A DNA stretch of 43,452 nucleotides, from the IMG/VR virus record IMGVR_UViG_3300020045_010636, positions 1-43,452 of that record; one strand, given 5' to 3'. The first letter of the stretch is position 1. The number at the start of each line of letters is the position of its first letter. Positions 1 through 9,931 of this stretch are shown one piece after another. The position numbers were made by a program, and so were the translations under genes. Origin of the DNA: a virus (taxonomy: Duplodnaviria; Caudoviricetes). A model generated the notes under the pieces. That model was given only the letters and a program-made list of their open reading frames with translations. It did not search any database and had not been told where the DNA came from.

Positions 1-121
1 CGATTTAGTTGAGTAACGCGTTCTGTTCCATCGGTATACGCTATACCATAACGGGAGCCAGAAAGCTGAACCTCAATGTCTTTTCGGCGTTCTTCCGCCT
101 GTTTCCGTCGAGCTTCGGTCT
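1..121 (-). pseudogene. Inverted internal fragment of a phage portal gene (chimeric junction)
   Basis: The minus strand reads TEARRKQAEERRKDIEVQLSGSRYGIAYTDGTERVTQLNR, which I recognise as a conserved portal segment in phages with this gene order. It is opposite in orientation to all other genes. Confidence 0.7.
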
Positions 122-449
122 CTGCTACAGAACTGTCTTCGGTAACGACGTTGAGGGTGAAGAATACGGCTACAAGCTGCATCTCATCTATGGCGCAATG
201 GCTGCTCCTTCCGAGAAAGCCTATGCCTCTATCAATGATTCACCTGAAGCAATCACTTTCTCATGGGAAGTCACAACGACGCCTGTGCCTGTGACTGGCT
301 TCAAGCCGACAGCTACGCTTGTTATCGACTCGACGAAAGTTGTTGCTGGTAAGCTTACTGCGCTTGAGGATCTTCTTTATGGTACAGTTGCTCTTGCGGC
401 AAGTCTTCCGACTCCGGATGAAGTCATCGCAATTCTCCAGGCAGTCTAA
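111..449 (+). CDS. Major tail protein, C-terminal part (5' end replaced by the inverted fragment)
   Basis: SFGLCYRT..GND.EG..YGYKLHLIYGA.AAPSEKAY..INDSPEAITFSWE.TTTPV resembles phi13-family major tail proteins and lies upstream of the chaperones and tape measure. The first ~34 aa of the track ORF 9..449 are not tail-like. Confidence 0.8.
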   Translation, partial: SFGLCYRTVFGNDVEGEEYGYKLHLIYGAMAAPSEKAYASINDSPEAITFSWEVTTTPVPVTGFKPTATLVIDSTKVVAGKLTALEDLLYGTVALAASLPTPDEVIAILQAV

Positions 450-470
450 TATAAAACATATGTAACACAA

Positions 471-510
471 AGAAGCCCTTAGGCGTATTGTTTAAGGGCT
501 TCTTCATTTT
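471..510 (+). terminator. Intrinsic terminator
   Basis: AGAAGCCCTTA...TAAGGGCTTCT inverted repeat followed by a T-rich tract. Confidence 0.75.
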
Positions 511-527
511 GTAAAGGAGAAATCACC

Positions 528-896
528 ATGCTAAAGAAAACTATTACTTACGCAGACTACGACGGTAACCAGCGAACCGAGGACTTCTACTTCAACCTTA
601 ACAAGGCCGAGTTGGCCGAGATGGAGATGTCATATGACGGCGGTCTCGTAAAGATGATCGAGAAGATCGTCTCCGCTCAAGACTCAAAACGCATCGTTGA
701 GATTTTCAAGGATCTCATCTTAAGGGCCTATGGCGAAAAGTCATCAGATGGTCGCCGCTTCGTCAAAACGAGCGAGCTCCGTGATTCGTTCGCCCAAATG
801 GAGGCCTACAGTGAGCTCTTTATGGAATTAGCCTCAAGTGCTGAAGCCGCGGCGGCCTTTGTCAACGGCATTACGCCCACTATACCGTCTAATTAA
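528..896 (+). CDS. Tail assembly chaperone
   Basis: Position after the major tail gene; MLKKTITY.DY.G..RTEDFYFNL motif; RBS AAAGGAG. Confidence 0.75.
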   Translation: MLKKTITYADYDGNQRTEDFYFNLNKAELAEMEMSYDGGLVKMIEKIVSAQDSKRIVEIFKDLILRAYGEKSSDGRRFVKTSELRDSFAQMEAYSELFMELASSAEAAAAFVNGITPTIPSN

Positions 897-920
897 TAAG
901 TTTGAAAGGGGAGACCAGAG

Positions 921-1460
921 ATGCTGAAGATCACGATACCTCCTATCGAGCAGTACGACGAGGCGAACGATGAGTTCATTACCTCTAAAGAATACGTACT
1001 GCAACTCGAGCACTCCTTGGTCTCCCTTTCAAAATGGGAGTCAAAATGGCATAAACCTTTCCTATCGAAAGACGCCAAGACACGCGAGGAGTCGATAGAC
1101 TACATTAGGTGTATGACATCCACGCAAAATGTCGACCCTGACGCGTACAAATTCATCTCAGCACAAAATATTGCTGAGGTCAGCGCTTACATAGAGAAAA
1201 CGATGACCGCCACAGTGTTCGCGCAAGAAAAGAAAACAATAAACCGAGAGATAATCACTGCCGAGATCATCTATTACTGGATGGTATCAATGAACATCCC
1301 TTTCGAATGCCAGAAGTGGCACTTAGATAGACTATTAACACTTATCAATGTGTGTAACATAAAAAATCAATCTCCGAAAAAGCGGAGTCGCAAAGATATA
1401 ATGAGTCGCAACACATCGCTTAACGCCGCTCGTAAACAAACGTTAAATACTAATGGATAG
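921..1460 (+). CDS. Conserved tail-region protein (second chaperone-like)
   Basis: LEHSLVSLSKWESKWHKPFL and FECQKWHL.RLLTLI motifs; position; own RBS. Confidence 0.6.
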   Translation: MLKITIPPIEQYDEANDEFITSKEYVLQLEHSLVSLSKWESKWHKPFLSKDAKTREESIDYIRCMTSTQNVDPDAYKFISAQNIAEVSAYIEKTMTATVFAQEKKTINREIITAEIIYYWMVSMNIPFECQKWHLDRLLTLINVCNIKNQSPKKRSRKDIMSRNTSLNAARKQTLNTNG

Positions 1461-1471
1461 GAGGTTATATA

Positions 1472-2191
1472 ATGTCAACCGCAAGTAACGTTCTCGACAT
1501 TGCACGTTCGTGGCTTGGCTTAAATGAGGCAGATGGATCCTTCAAGCAAATTCTTGACGTCTATAACTCATATAAGCCTCTGGCTAGAGGTTATGCTATA
1601 AAAACCACTGATGAATGGTGTGATGCCACAGTATCGGCAATAGCAATTAAAGCCGGCGCAGTGGATCTCATAGGTACTGAAGTCGGATGTGAGCGTCATA
1701 TAGCCATATTCAAAGAAAAAGGCATATGGATAGAAGACGGAACGATCACGCCCGAGCCCGGTTACATTATCCTTTTCAACTGGGACGGTAAAGCCCAACC
1801 TAATGATGGATCGGCTGACCATATAGGTTACGTCGAGCAAGTCTACGCCGACCGAATAATATGCATTGAGGGTAACAAAGGCGGAAAGGTCGATAGACGA
1901 TCGATCCCCTTACGATGGAATCTTATAAGAGGCTTTGCTGCGCCTAAGTACGACCAACCAAAAGAATCGGAGGACGAAGAAATGACACAAGAAGAATTCA
2001 ACAAAAAGATGGCGGTCTTCCTTGACAGTCTAAGTACACAGGAGCCCTCCGAGTGGTCAAAAGATTCTCGTGAGTGGGCTGAGAGTCGTGGGATTATTAC
2101 CGGTGATGCAAAAAGTAACATGCGGTATAAGAGCTATGTTACGAGAGAGCAAATGGCGGTCTTCGCTAAACGCATCTACGAACTCAAATGA
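1472..2191 (+). CDS. Endolysin: CHAP domain plus C-terminal SLH-like binding domain
   Basis: EWCDATVS (catalytic Cys), DHIGYVE (His), IEGN; the C-terminal WA...GII.G....Y.TREQMAV is SLH-like. Confidence 0.85.
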   Translation: MSTASNVLDIARSWLGLNEADGSFKQILDVYNSYKPLARGYAIKTTDEWCDATVSAIAIKAGAVDLIGTEVGCERHIAIFKEKGIWIEDGTITPEPGYIILFNWDGKAQPNDGSADHIGYVEQVYADRIICIEGNKGGKVDRRSIPLRWNLIRGFAAPKYDQPKESEDEEMTQEEFNKKMAVFLDSLSTQEPSEWSKDSREWAESRGIITGDAKSNMRYKSYVTREQMAVFAKRIYELK

Positions 2192-2451
2192 AGAATACCA
2201 CGACCAAACGGATAATAGCTTTCTGCCTTATTAACGGTGTGCTTTGGGTATGGTGCTCCTATCTATTAGCTTATCTCGGAAGAGAAGAGATAGCTGAGAG
2301 CCTATCCCAAGCAGCTGTTACGGAGATTATTGGTGTGGTTCTCGTTTATTGTTGTAAGGCTCTATTCGAGAACCTTGCCAAGCATAATGACTGGCTCAAC
2401 AAGTCGTCTGTAGTCAGTCGATCGCAAAATAAGAACCAAGATTGCGACTAA
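2188..2451 (+). CDS. Small membrane protein (holin-like)
   Basis: Two hydrophobic segments; overlaps the endolysin stop (ATGA). Confidence 0.5.
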   Translation: MKNTTTKRIIAFCLINGVLWVWCSYLLAYLGREEIAESLSQAAVTEIIGVVLVYCCKALFENLAKHNDWLNKSSVVSRSQNKNQDCD

Positions 2452-2461
2452 GGAGATACAT

Positions 2462-2839
2462 ATGATAGCAGTTAAGCATCGGGGAAGTTTTAAGAATACT
2501 GAAAAGTTTCTTACCAATGCGTCAAAGGCTCAATACTTACGCGAGTTAGACAAGTATGGCCGAGAAGGCGTTTCCGCCCTTGCTTCGGCTACACCTATAG
2601 ATTCGGGGTTGACCGCTAACTCCTGGGGTTACGAGATACGTCGCTCCAGGGGCTCGGTCACCATAAGCTGGACAAACTCTAATGTTGTCAACGGCGTACC
2701 AATAGCAATTATTCTGCAATACGGTCATGCTACTCAAAATGGGGGGTATGTCCAAGGACGCGACTACATAAACCCTGCAATCCAACCAATATTTGACAAG
2801 ATCGCAGATTCAGTATGGAGGGAGGTAACTAAAGTATGA
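2462..2839 (+). CDS. HK97 gp10-like tail/neck component
   Basis: ATPIDSGLTANSWGY and ILQYGH.T..GG.V.GRDYINPA motifs. Confidence 0.7.
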   Translation: MIAVKHRGSFKNTEKFLTNASKAQYLRELDKYGREGVSALASATPIDSGLTANSWGYEIRRSRGSVTISWTNSNVVNGVPIAIILQYGHATQNGGYVQGRDYINPAIQPIFDKIADSVWREVTKV

Positions 2840-5800
2840 GTAATAATGTCGACGAACGCGTAGTAGATATGCAATTCAATAATAAACAATTTGAGAGTAA
2901 CGTCCAGACGAGTATAAAGTCGCTTGATGCATTGAAAAGCGGGCTTAATTTGGATGCCTCAGCAAAGAGTTTAGCAAATCTTGATAAGGCTGGAAAGTCT
3001 TTTTCCTTAGCTGGAATTGCGTCCGGAGTCGATGCCATATCGAGTAAGTTTTCAGCTCTCGGTATTATAGGTATTACCGCCCTCCAAAATATCACAAATT
3101 CGGCAATTAACGCTGGTAAGAAACTCGTCTCGGCTCTTACCGTCGATCCAATAAAAACAGGCCTAACTGAGTACGAGACCAAAATGGGCGCCATACAAAC
3201 AATCTTGACTAATACCGCTAGCAAAGGTACTACACTCGAGGATGTCAATAAGGTATTAGGCGAGCTTAACGAGTACTCAGATAAGACGATTTACAATTTT
3301 GCCGAGATGGCAAGAAACATTGGTACTTTTACGGCTGCTGGAGTCGATTTAAACGTATCCGCTACGGCAATTAAGGGCATTGCTAACTTGGCTGCCGGCT
3401 CCGGCTCAAATGCTCAACAAGCATCCACGGCAATGTATCAGCTATCACAAGCATTAGCGGCCGGATCAGTTAAACTTATGGACTGGAACTCGGTTGTAAA
3501 CGCTGGCATGGGCGGCGAGCTTTTCCAGAATGCTCTTAAGGCTACCGCCAAAGAGATGGGCGTCGTCGTCGATGCATCTAAGCCATTCAGAGAAACCCTA
3601 CAAGATGGATGGATTACGTCTGAAGTCTTAACCAAGACACTTGCTAAGTTTGCCGAGGATGAGTCTCTTGTTAAAGCCGCCACTCAGGTTAAGACCTTCA
3701 CTCAATTGTTCGATACAATGAAGGAGTCTGTACAATCCGGCTGGGCAGTGTCTTGGGAAAACATCATTGGGGATAAAGACCAAGCGGCAAAGACTCTAAC
3801 CGCGATCAATGACGCTTTCGGGGCGCTTATAGGACCTTCTACCGATGCTAGAAACGAGATGCTTAAGTTCTGGAATGTTAATGGCGGTCGAGATGCACTC
3901 ATCGAGGGCGTAACAAGTGCGCTACAAGGCCTATCCAGCATAATCAAACCCATAAAAGAAGCTCTTACGGAGATCTTCCCGGCAATGACTGGTGAGAAAC
4001 TTGTCGAGATAACTAAACATATTAGAGATCTTACTGCGAACTTCAAAATAGGGGACGAAACGGCTAATAACATCAAGCGTACGTTCAAGGGTTTATTCGC
4101 TCTGCTTGATATAGGTAAGCAAGCTATCTTGGCAATTACTGGCGGTTTGGGGAAACTATTAAAATCGTTATTACCCGCTGGAGACGGTCTATTATCTTTT
4201 ACTGGATCAATCGGCGATTGGTTAGTTGCGCTTGATGAGGCAATAAAAACGTCGGGCATATTTAATGTCGCTATAGAAAAGATAGGCAACTTTATCAAGA
4301 AGGTTTCGGACGGGATTAAGATTGCTGTACAGACAATAGCTGATACAATCAAATCTTTCGCCAATATTGATACGAGCGGTATTGAAGCATTCTCTGATAA
4401 AATGAAAGCACGGTTTGAGCCGTTTAGTAAAATTGTCGAGATCGCGCAAGGTGCTTTCGCTAAGATGGGCGAGGTCCTTAAGAAGTTTGCGCCAGTGTTC
4501 TATAAGCTTTCCGAGATCATAGGAGCGGCATTCGGTCATATGCAGGACAGAATCCTTAATGCACTTGACACAGCAAACTTCGATTCGATTTTTGACATTA
4601 TCAATGGCGGATTATTCGCAGCTATACTACTTGGTATACGCAAGTTCATATCATCTCTTACGAGCATAACCGATGGTGCTGGTGGATTCTTCGACGGTAT
4701 TATAGGCATTCTTGACGGGGTCAAGGGTAGTCTTGAGGCCTACCAGAACTCACTTAAGGCTGGAACACTTCTAAAGATAGCAATTGCTATAGGCATCTTA
4801 GCCGCCGCACTTGTTGTGTTGTCCACGATCGACTCTAAGAAGTTAACGTCTTCTTTGGCCGCCATGAGCGTAATGTTTGTCCAGCTTTTCGGTTCAATGG
4901 GTGTCTTCTCGAAGATCATGGGATCTAAAGGTTTCAAAGGCCTCCCAAAAGTAACCTTCGCGATGATAAGCCTGTCAATAGCCATTCTTATTCTATCGGT
5001 GGCGATGACTAAACTAGCTTCTTTGGATTGGAACGGTTTAGCTAAAGGTCTTGTTGGAGTAGCGGCACTAATGACGATGATGGTTGGCGCGGCAAAAATC
5101 TTATCGGCTAACGGTAAGGCAATGATACGCGGATCTCTAGGGTTTGTTATATTCGCCGCAGCGATAAATGTTCTTGTCAGTGCAGTAAAGAGTCTTAGTG
5201 AGCTTAGTTGGGAGCAACTTACAAAAGGTCTAGTTGGCGTCGGTGTACTTATGACCGAGCTTGCTATATTTATGAAAGTTACCGACTTAAGCGGTATGGG
5301 CCCTTTAAAAGGCGCTGGTATTTTACTTCTAGCCGCGGCAATAAATGTTCTAGCAGACGCTGTTGGTAAGTTTGCCATTATGGATCCAGGAACGTTGCTA
5401 AAAGGTCTAGCCGCAGTCGCTATAGTACTAACCGAGTTAGCCTTCTTTGTCAATCTTACTGGGTCGGCTAAGAATGTAATAGTTACAGCGATCGGCCTAA
5501 CAATTCTTGGCGCAGCGATGCTTATTTTTGCCCAAGCAATTGGCACGATGGGCGATCTAAGTTGGGAGCAAATAGCTAAAGGATTAACCGCAATGGCCGG
5601 ATCACTAGCTCTCATAACGATCGCTGTGAACCTCATGCCAAAAACGATGATACTATCAGCGTTAAGTCTTGTGGTTATCGCATCGGCACTCGTCATTCTA
5701 GCGCAAGCATTACAAACAATGGGCGGTATGAGCTGGGAGCAGATGGCTATAGGTCTCATTACCTTGGCTGGCTCATTAACGATTATAGCTTTAGCAATGA

Positions 5801-7944
5801 CCTTTATGACAGGTGCTTTACCAGGAGCAGCCGCTTTATTAATAGTTGCGGCAGCATTAGCCATATTAGCGCCAGTGCTTAAGACACTTGGGTCGATGTC
5901 TCTTAAAGAGATTGGTCTGGGCTTGCTTGCACTGGTCGGCGTATTTGCCGTCCTTGGCGTTGCGGGGTTAGTATTAGCGCCACTTACACCTGTACTTATA
6001 GGTCTAGGCGTCGCGATGGCTCTACTTGGCGTTGGTATGATGGCGGTAGGTGTAGGTATTCTAGCTTTCTCAGCTGGATTGGCCGCATTAGCAGTATCTG
6101 GTACTGCTGGCGCTGCAGCATTAGTGCTCATAGTAACTTCGCTAATAGGTCTAGTCCCAGTCTTCTTAAAGAAGGTCGGAGAGGGCATTATAGCATTTGC
6201 TAAGGTGATTGCAGATGGTGGCCCAGCGATGTTCGAGGCCCTCACAGTGGTGCTTACGTCACTTATCGACGCCATTATTGTAATCATTCCTAAAGCAATA
6301 GAAGCGCTGATGCTACTCATAACTGGACTTCTAAAATCGCTCGCAGAAGCGGTCCCTCAAATGATCGACTCTGGAATGAAGTTGATACTCGGTATACTTA
6401 GAGGTATTGCTGATAATATTGCGGACGTAGTAGCCGCCGGCATTGATGTGATTCTCGGATTTATCGAGGGGGTCGTCTCTAAACTCCCAGCAATTATAGA
6501 TGCTGCCTTTAAGGTCATAATAGGGTTCATTAATGGTCTTGCGGAAGCTATACGCAACAATTCAGATGCTATATATGACGCTACAGGCAATTTAATTACG
6601 GCCATTGTCGATTCCTTACTATCATTTGGTAAGAAAATCCTAGATGCTGGTAAGAACATTGTCGATGGTATCATTGAGGGTATTAAGAGTATGGCTACGG
6701 CCGCATGGAACGCCGCTAAGGACCTGGGGCAAAACATTCTCGATTCGGTATTGTCATTTTTTGGGATCAAGTCTCCTTCTCGTTTGATGAGAGATAAAGT
6801 TGGTGTGTATATCGTTCAGGGTATTGCTGAGGGTATCACCAAGGATATGTCCGCCGAGGAAGCGGCAACTAAGAAAGCTGAGAACATTGTCAGCGCCTTC
6901 AAGACGGAACTCGACCGTATCAGTTCAGAGGCAAACACTGCTGGTCTTGAGTATGATTTATGGTCCATTGTCAATGGCGATGCATCCGAGTCCGGTAAAT
7001 CTGCTAAAGAGATCGAGATGCTTAGCAAGAAGATCCTTCTACAACAGGAGAAAGTAAACCTCGCAGCATCCGAGTATCAGACGACACTTAAGACTCTCGG
7101 CGCAAATGCTCCACAGACACGAGATGCCTATAACAAGTATCTTGAGGAGCAGATTACTTTAGCGACTCTCGCTGACCAGATAAAGACGGCAACCCAAGCT
7201 AATGCGCAGGCTAATTCGGCATCCATGGATGAGTATTATAAAATACTATCAAATACCGAGCTTATTAAGGCTCTCCAGAACTCAGGGTTTACGCAGGCCG
7301 AGATTGAGGCATATGCGAGAGATAAATCCGGATTTGACCCTACTGGTTCACTTGAGACTAGCATGGCTACGGACGTAAAGAGTGCTGTTACGGGAGCAAT
7401 GAAGACCGTTACTGCTGTTTATGAGAAAACTGCTGACGCAACGTTTGGCGGACTGCTCGAGTCCATTGGTGAGTGGGGCGGCTCATACGCAACCGCTCTT
7501 GGCGAGGGCTTCCTTAAGGCGTTCGACGTGATAATGGAGAAAATCAAAGTATCGCTTGACTCCGTCGAGAATGTTCTTGTGATACGCCTTACAGAGATTA
7601 GCAATAATATTCTCAACGCCATTAGTGGTATGGCCGATCTTGTCCCGACGATCACACCAGTGCTTGATCTAACGAACGTCACTTCCGGCGTCAACTCGCT
7701 TAACTCAATGATGGGTCAAAATGGGACCATTAGCGTTGCAGGTATTGGCGATAAGATTTCAGCGATCGTAAGTGGTATGCAAATTAGTTGGGCTAAAGAC
7801 ATTGCTACAACCGAACAAACGAACCCGGCCCAACCAATATCCTTTGTGCAATACAACTATTCGCCAACAGCATTGTCTAGAATTGATATTTACAGACAAA
7901 CAAAGAATCAGATCTCGACAGTGAAAGGACTGGTGGGCGGATGA
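2836..7944 (+). CDS. Tape measure protein
   Basis: 1702 aa, Ala/Gly/Leu-rich; tape-measure domain (LNEYSDKTIYNFAEM), long hydrophobic repeats, FGIKSPSR motif. Confidence 0.95.
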   Translation: MSNNVDERVVDMQFNNKQFESNVQTSIKSLDALKSGLNLDASAKSLANLDKAGKSFSLAGIASGVDAISSKFSALGIIGITALQNITNSAINAGKKLVSALTVDPIKTGLTEYETKMGAIQTILTNTASKGTTLEDVNKVLGELNEYSDKTIYNFAEMARNIGTFTAAGVDLNVSATAIKGIANLAAGSGSNAQQASTAMYQLSQALAAGSVKLMDWNSVVNAGMGGELFQNALKATAKEMGVVVDASKPFRETLQDGWITSEVLTKTLAKFAEDESLVKAATQVKTFTQLFDTMKESVQSGWAVSWENIIGDKDQAAKTLTAINDAFGALIGPSTDARNEMLKFWNVNGGRDALIEGVTSALQGLSSIIKPIKEALTEIFPAMTGEKLVEITKHIRDLTANFKIGDETANNIKRTFKGLFALLDIGKQAILAITGGLGKLLKSLLPAGDGLLSFTGSIGDWLVALDEAIKTSGIFNVAIEKIGNFIKKVSDGIKIAVQTIADTIKSFANIDTSGIEAFSDKMKARFEPFSKIVEIAQGAFAKMGEVLKKFAPVFYKLSEIIGAAFGHMQDRILNALDTANFDSIFDIINGGLFAAILLGIRKFISSLTSITDGAGGFFDGIIGILDGVKGSLEAYQNSLKAGTLLKIAIAIGILAAALVVLSTIDSKKLTSSLAAMSVMFVQLFGSMGVFSKIMGSKGFKGLPKVTFAMISLSIAILILSVAMTKLASLDWNGLAKGLVGVAALMTMMVGAAKILSANGKAMIRGSLGFVIFAAAINVLVSAVKSLSELSWEQLTKGLVGVGVLMTELAIFMKVTDLSGMGPLKGAGILLLAAAINVLADAVGKFAIMDPGTLLKGLAAVAIVLTELAFFVNLTGSAKNVIVTAIGLTILGAAMLIFAQAIGTMGDLSWEQIAKGLTAMAGSLALITIAVNLMPKTMILSALSLVVIASALVILAQALQTMGGMSWEQMAIGLITLAGSLTIIALAMTFMTGALPGAAALLIVAAALAILAPVLKTLGSMSLKEIGLGLLALVGVFAVLGVAGLVLAPLTPVLIGLGVAMALLGVGMMAVGVGILAFSAGLAALAVSGTAGAAALVLIVTSLIGLVPVFLKKVGEGIIAFAKVIADGGPAMFEALTVVLTSLIDAIIVIIPKAIEALMLLITGLLKSLAEAVPQMIDSGMKLILGILRGIADNIADVVAAGIDVILGFIEGVVSKLPAIIDAAFKVIIGFINGLAEAIRNNSDAIYDATGNLITAIVDSLLSFGKKILDAGKNIVDGIIEGIKSMATAAWNAAKDLGQNILDSVLSFFGIKSPSRLMRDKVGVYIVQGIAEGITKDMSAEEAATKKAENIVSAFKTELDRISSEANTAGLEYDLWSIVNGDASESGKSAKEIEMLSKKILLQQEKVNLAASEYQTTLKTLGANAPQTRDAYNKYLEEQITLATLADQIKTATQANAQANSASMDEYYKILSNTELIKALQNSGFTQAEIEAYARDKSGFDPTGSLETSMATDVKSAVTGAMKTVTAVYEKTADATFGGLLESIGEWGGSYATALGEGFLKAFDVIMEKIKVSLDSVENVLVIRLTEISNNILNAISGMADLVPTITPVLDLTNVTSGVNSLNSMMGQNGTISVAGIGDKISAIVSGMQISWAKDIATTEQTNPAQPISFVQYNYSPTALSRIDIYRQTKNQISTVKGLVGG

Positions 7945-8846
7945 TCAAATCAATAACTGTAACCAACCATTTAGACGAGTCTATCGAGATGGAATTGGGG
8001 CGCCCGGAGCAATCTGGGTTCCTCATCCAGCAAATAGACGGACTTGGTCCTAGCAAAGCCAACATTAATGCCGCTGAGATGTCCACTAATGACGGTTCGC
8101 TATATACCTCAGCAAGGGTTAATTCGAGAAATATTGTTTTAACGTTGAAATTGATGGCCAAACCAAAAGTTGAGGATATACGTCAGCTGTCCTACAAATA
8201 CTTTCCGATTAAAAAACGGATTAAGCTGCTTGTTGAGACAGACAATCGTAGTGCCGAGATTTATGGCTATGTCGAGGCCAACGAGCCAACCATTTTTAAC
8301 AAGAGTGGAACAACTCAGATCTCAATAATATGCCCTGATCCATATTTCAGTTCAGTAGAGACCAACACAACAGTCTTTTCTGGAATAGAATCTTTGTTTG
8401 AGTTTCCGTTCGAGAACAATTCGTTCGTGGCCAATCTTCTAGAATTTGGTGAGATAAAGAATAACACCCTGCAAAATATTTACTACTCTGGCGACTCAGA
8501 GGTTGGTATTGTGATACGGATACATGCCCTTGCTGAAGCGACAAACATCACAATTTACAATACCGATACTCGTGAATCTATGCGCATTGATACGGACAAA
8601 CTCATAGCATTAACTGGCTCTGGTATAGGAGCGGGCGACGACATAGTAATATCTACGGTAAAAGGTAACAAGTATATTTACATTCTGCAAGGCGGTGTCT
8701 ATATCAATATCTTGAATTGTCTTGATAAGAATACCGACTGGTTCCAGTTGGCTAAGGGTAATAATATCTTTACTTATACGGCCGAGACTGGTACATCCGA
8801 CTTAGAGTTCATGATCGAAAATAAGATAGTTTACGAGGGTATTTAA
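7941..8846 (+). CDS. Distal tail (Dit-like) protein
   Basis: Directly follows the tape measure; IICPDPYF and WFQL.KG.N motifs. Confidence 0.8.
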   Translation: MIKSITVTNHLDESIEMELGRPEQSGFLIQQIDGLGPSKANINAAEMSTNDGSLYTSARVNSRNIVLTLKLMAKPKVEDIRQLSYKYFPIKKRIKLLVETDNRSAEIYGYVEANEPTIFNKSGTTQISIICPDPYFSSVETNTTVFSGIESLFEFPFENNSFVANLLEFGEIKNNTLQNIYYSGDSEVGIVIRIHALAEATNITIYNTDTRESMRIDTDKLIALTGSGIGAGDDIVISTVKGNKYIYILQGGVYINILNCLDKNTDWFQLAKGNNIFTYTAETGTSDLEFMIENKIVYEGI

Positions 8847-8847
8847 G

Positions 8848-9918
8848 ATGGAATTGCTAATATTAGATACAAATCTTGAGGCGGTTACCATCCTAGATAC
8901 CTTCGAGTCTATCATATGGACTGATAGGTATTTCAAATGTGGAGATTTCGAGATATTTACACCTGTAAATCTCGATGCTTTAACATACCTGCAACCGGAC
9001 TACTACATATGGTTAAAAGATTCTGGCCACGTGATGATAATCGAGGATCGGGAGATCAACTCAAATGTTGAGAATGGCGCGAGTTTAACCGTTTCTGGTC
9101 GGTCACTCGAGTCCATTCTCGATAGACGAGTTATATGGGGACAAACCATATTAAGTGGAAACCTGCAAGATGGCATCGAGCAATTGCTAAACGCCAACGT
9201 CATTTCCCCGGTTGTGCCAGAACGACAGATATCAAATTTCGCGTTTCAAGCATCTACTGAACCAGCTATAACCGAGCTCACTATAGACGCTCAATATAAT
9301 GGCGAGAATCTTTACGACGTGGTACAAACATTATGTGAGGCTAATAATATAGGCTGGAAAATCACACTTACGGATGATGGACTATTCCTATTCGAGCTAT
9401 ATTCCGGGATAGACCGTTCGTACGATCAAGTAGCTTTGCCATACGTGGTATTCTCTCCCAAATTCGAGAATCTAATCAACAGCAACTACGTCGAGTCCAA
9501 AAAGGCGCTTAAGACCGTATCTTTTGTTGTAGGAGAGGGCGAGGGTTCTGCTCAAAAATCTACTACGGCCGAAATAGTAGCTGGCGGTGGGTCTGATCTT
9601 AACAGACGTGAGATGTTTACTGATGCAAGCGACATATCGTCGACCACGGACGAAGGAGTGTTGACCGATCCTGAGTATCTTGCTCAGCTCGCACAAAGAG
9701 GTGTTGAGGAGTTATCGGAGTATGCGGTTTTAAGCTCATTTGAGGGTCAAGTGGACAACAATCGCATGTTCAAATATGGAGAGGACTTCTTCATGGGTGA
9801 TGTAGTACAGATCGCTAACGAGTACGGTCTAGAATCCAAATCAAGAGTTATCGAGGTCGTGAGGTCTCAAAGTTTATCGGGTATTGAGATATACCCGACA
9901 TTTAGCACAGTAGAATAA
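8848..9918 (+). CDS. Minor tail / baseplate hub protein (ReqiPepy6 gp37-like)
   Basis: FESIIWTDRY..CGDFEI, GEGEG, RREMF.DA and YG.DFF.GD.V motifs; position. Confidence 0.75.
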   Translation: MELLILDTNLEAVTILDTFESIIWTDRYFKCGDFEIFTPVNLDALTYLQPDYYIWLKDSGHVMIIEDREINSNVENGASLTVSGRSLESILDRRVIWGQTILSGNLQDGIEQLLNANVISPVVPERQISNFAFQASTEPAITELTIDAQYNGENLYDVVQTLCEANNIGWKITLTDDGLFLFELYSGIDRSYDQVALPYVVFSPKFENLINSNYVESKKALKTVSFVVGEGEGSAQKSTTAEIVAGGGSDLNRREMFTDASDISSTTDEGVLTDPEYLAQLAQRGVEELSEYAVLSSFEGQVDNNRMFKYGEDFFMGDVVQIANEYGLESKSRVIEVVRSQSLSGIEIYPTFSTVE

Positions 9919-9931
9919 AGGAGGTTTACAA

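Noticed and set aside
870-930. Programmed frameshift between the tail chaperone genes
   Set aside because: No clear slippery heptamer before the double TAA stop, and the downstream ORF has its own RBS.
2829-8161. Long minus-strand ORFs (e.g. 4740..6320, 3702..4364)
   Set aside because: Antisense shadows of the tape measure gene caused by codon bias; no RBS or recognisable motifs.
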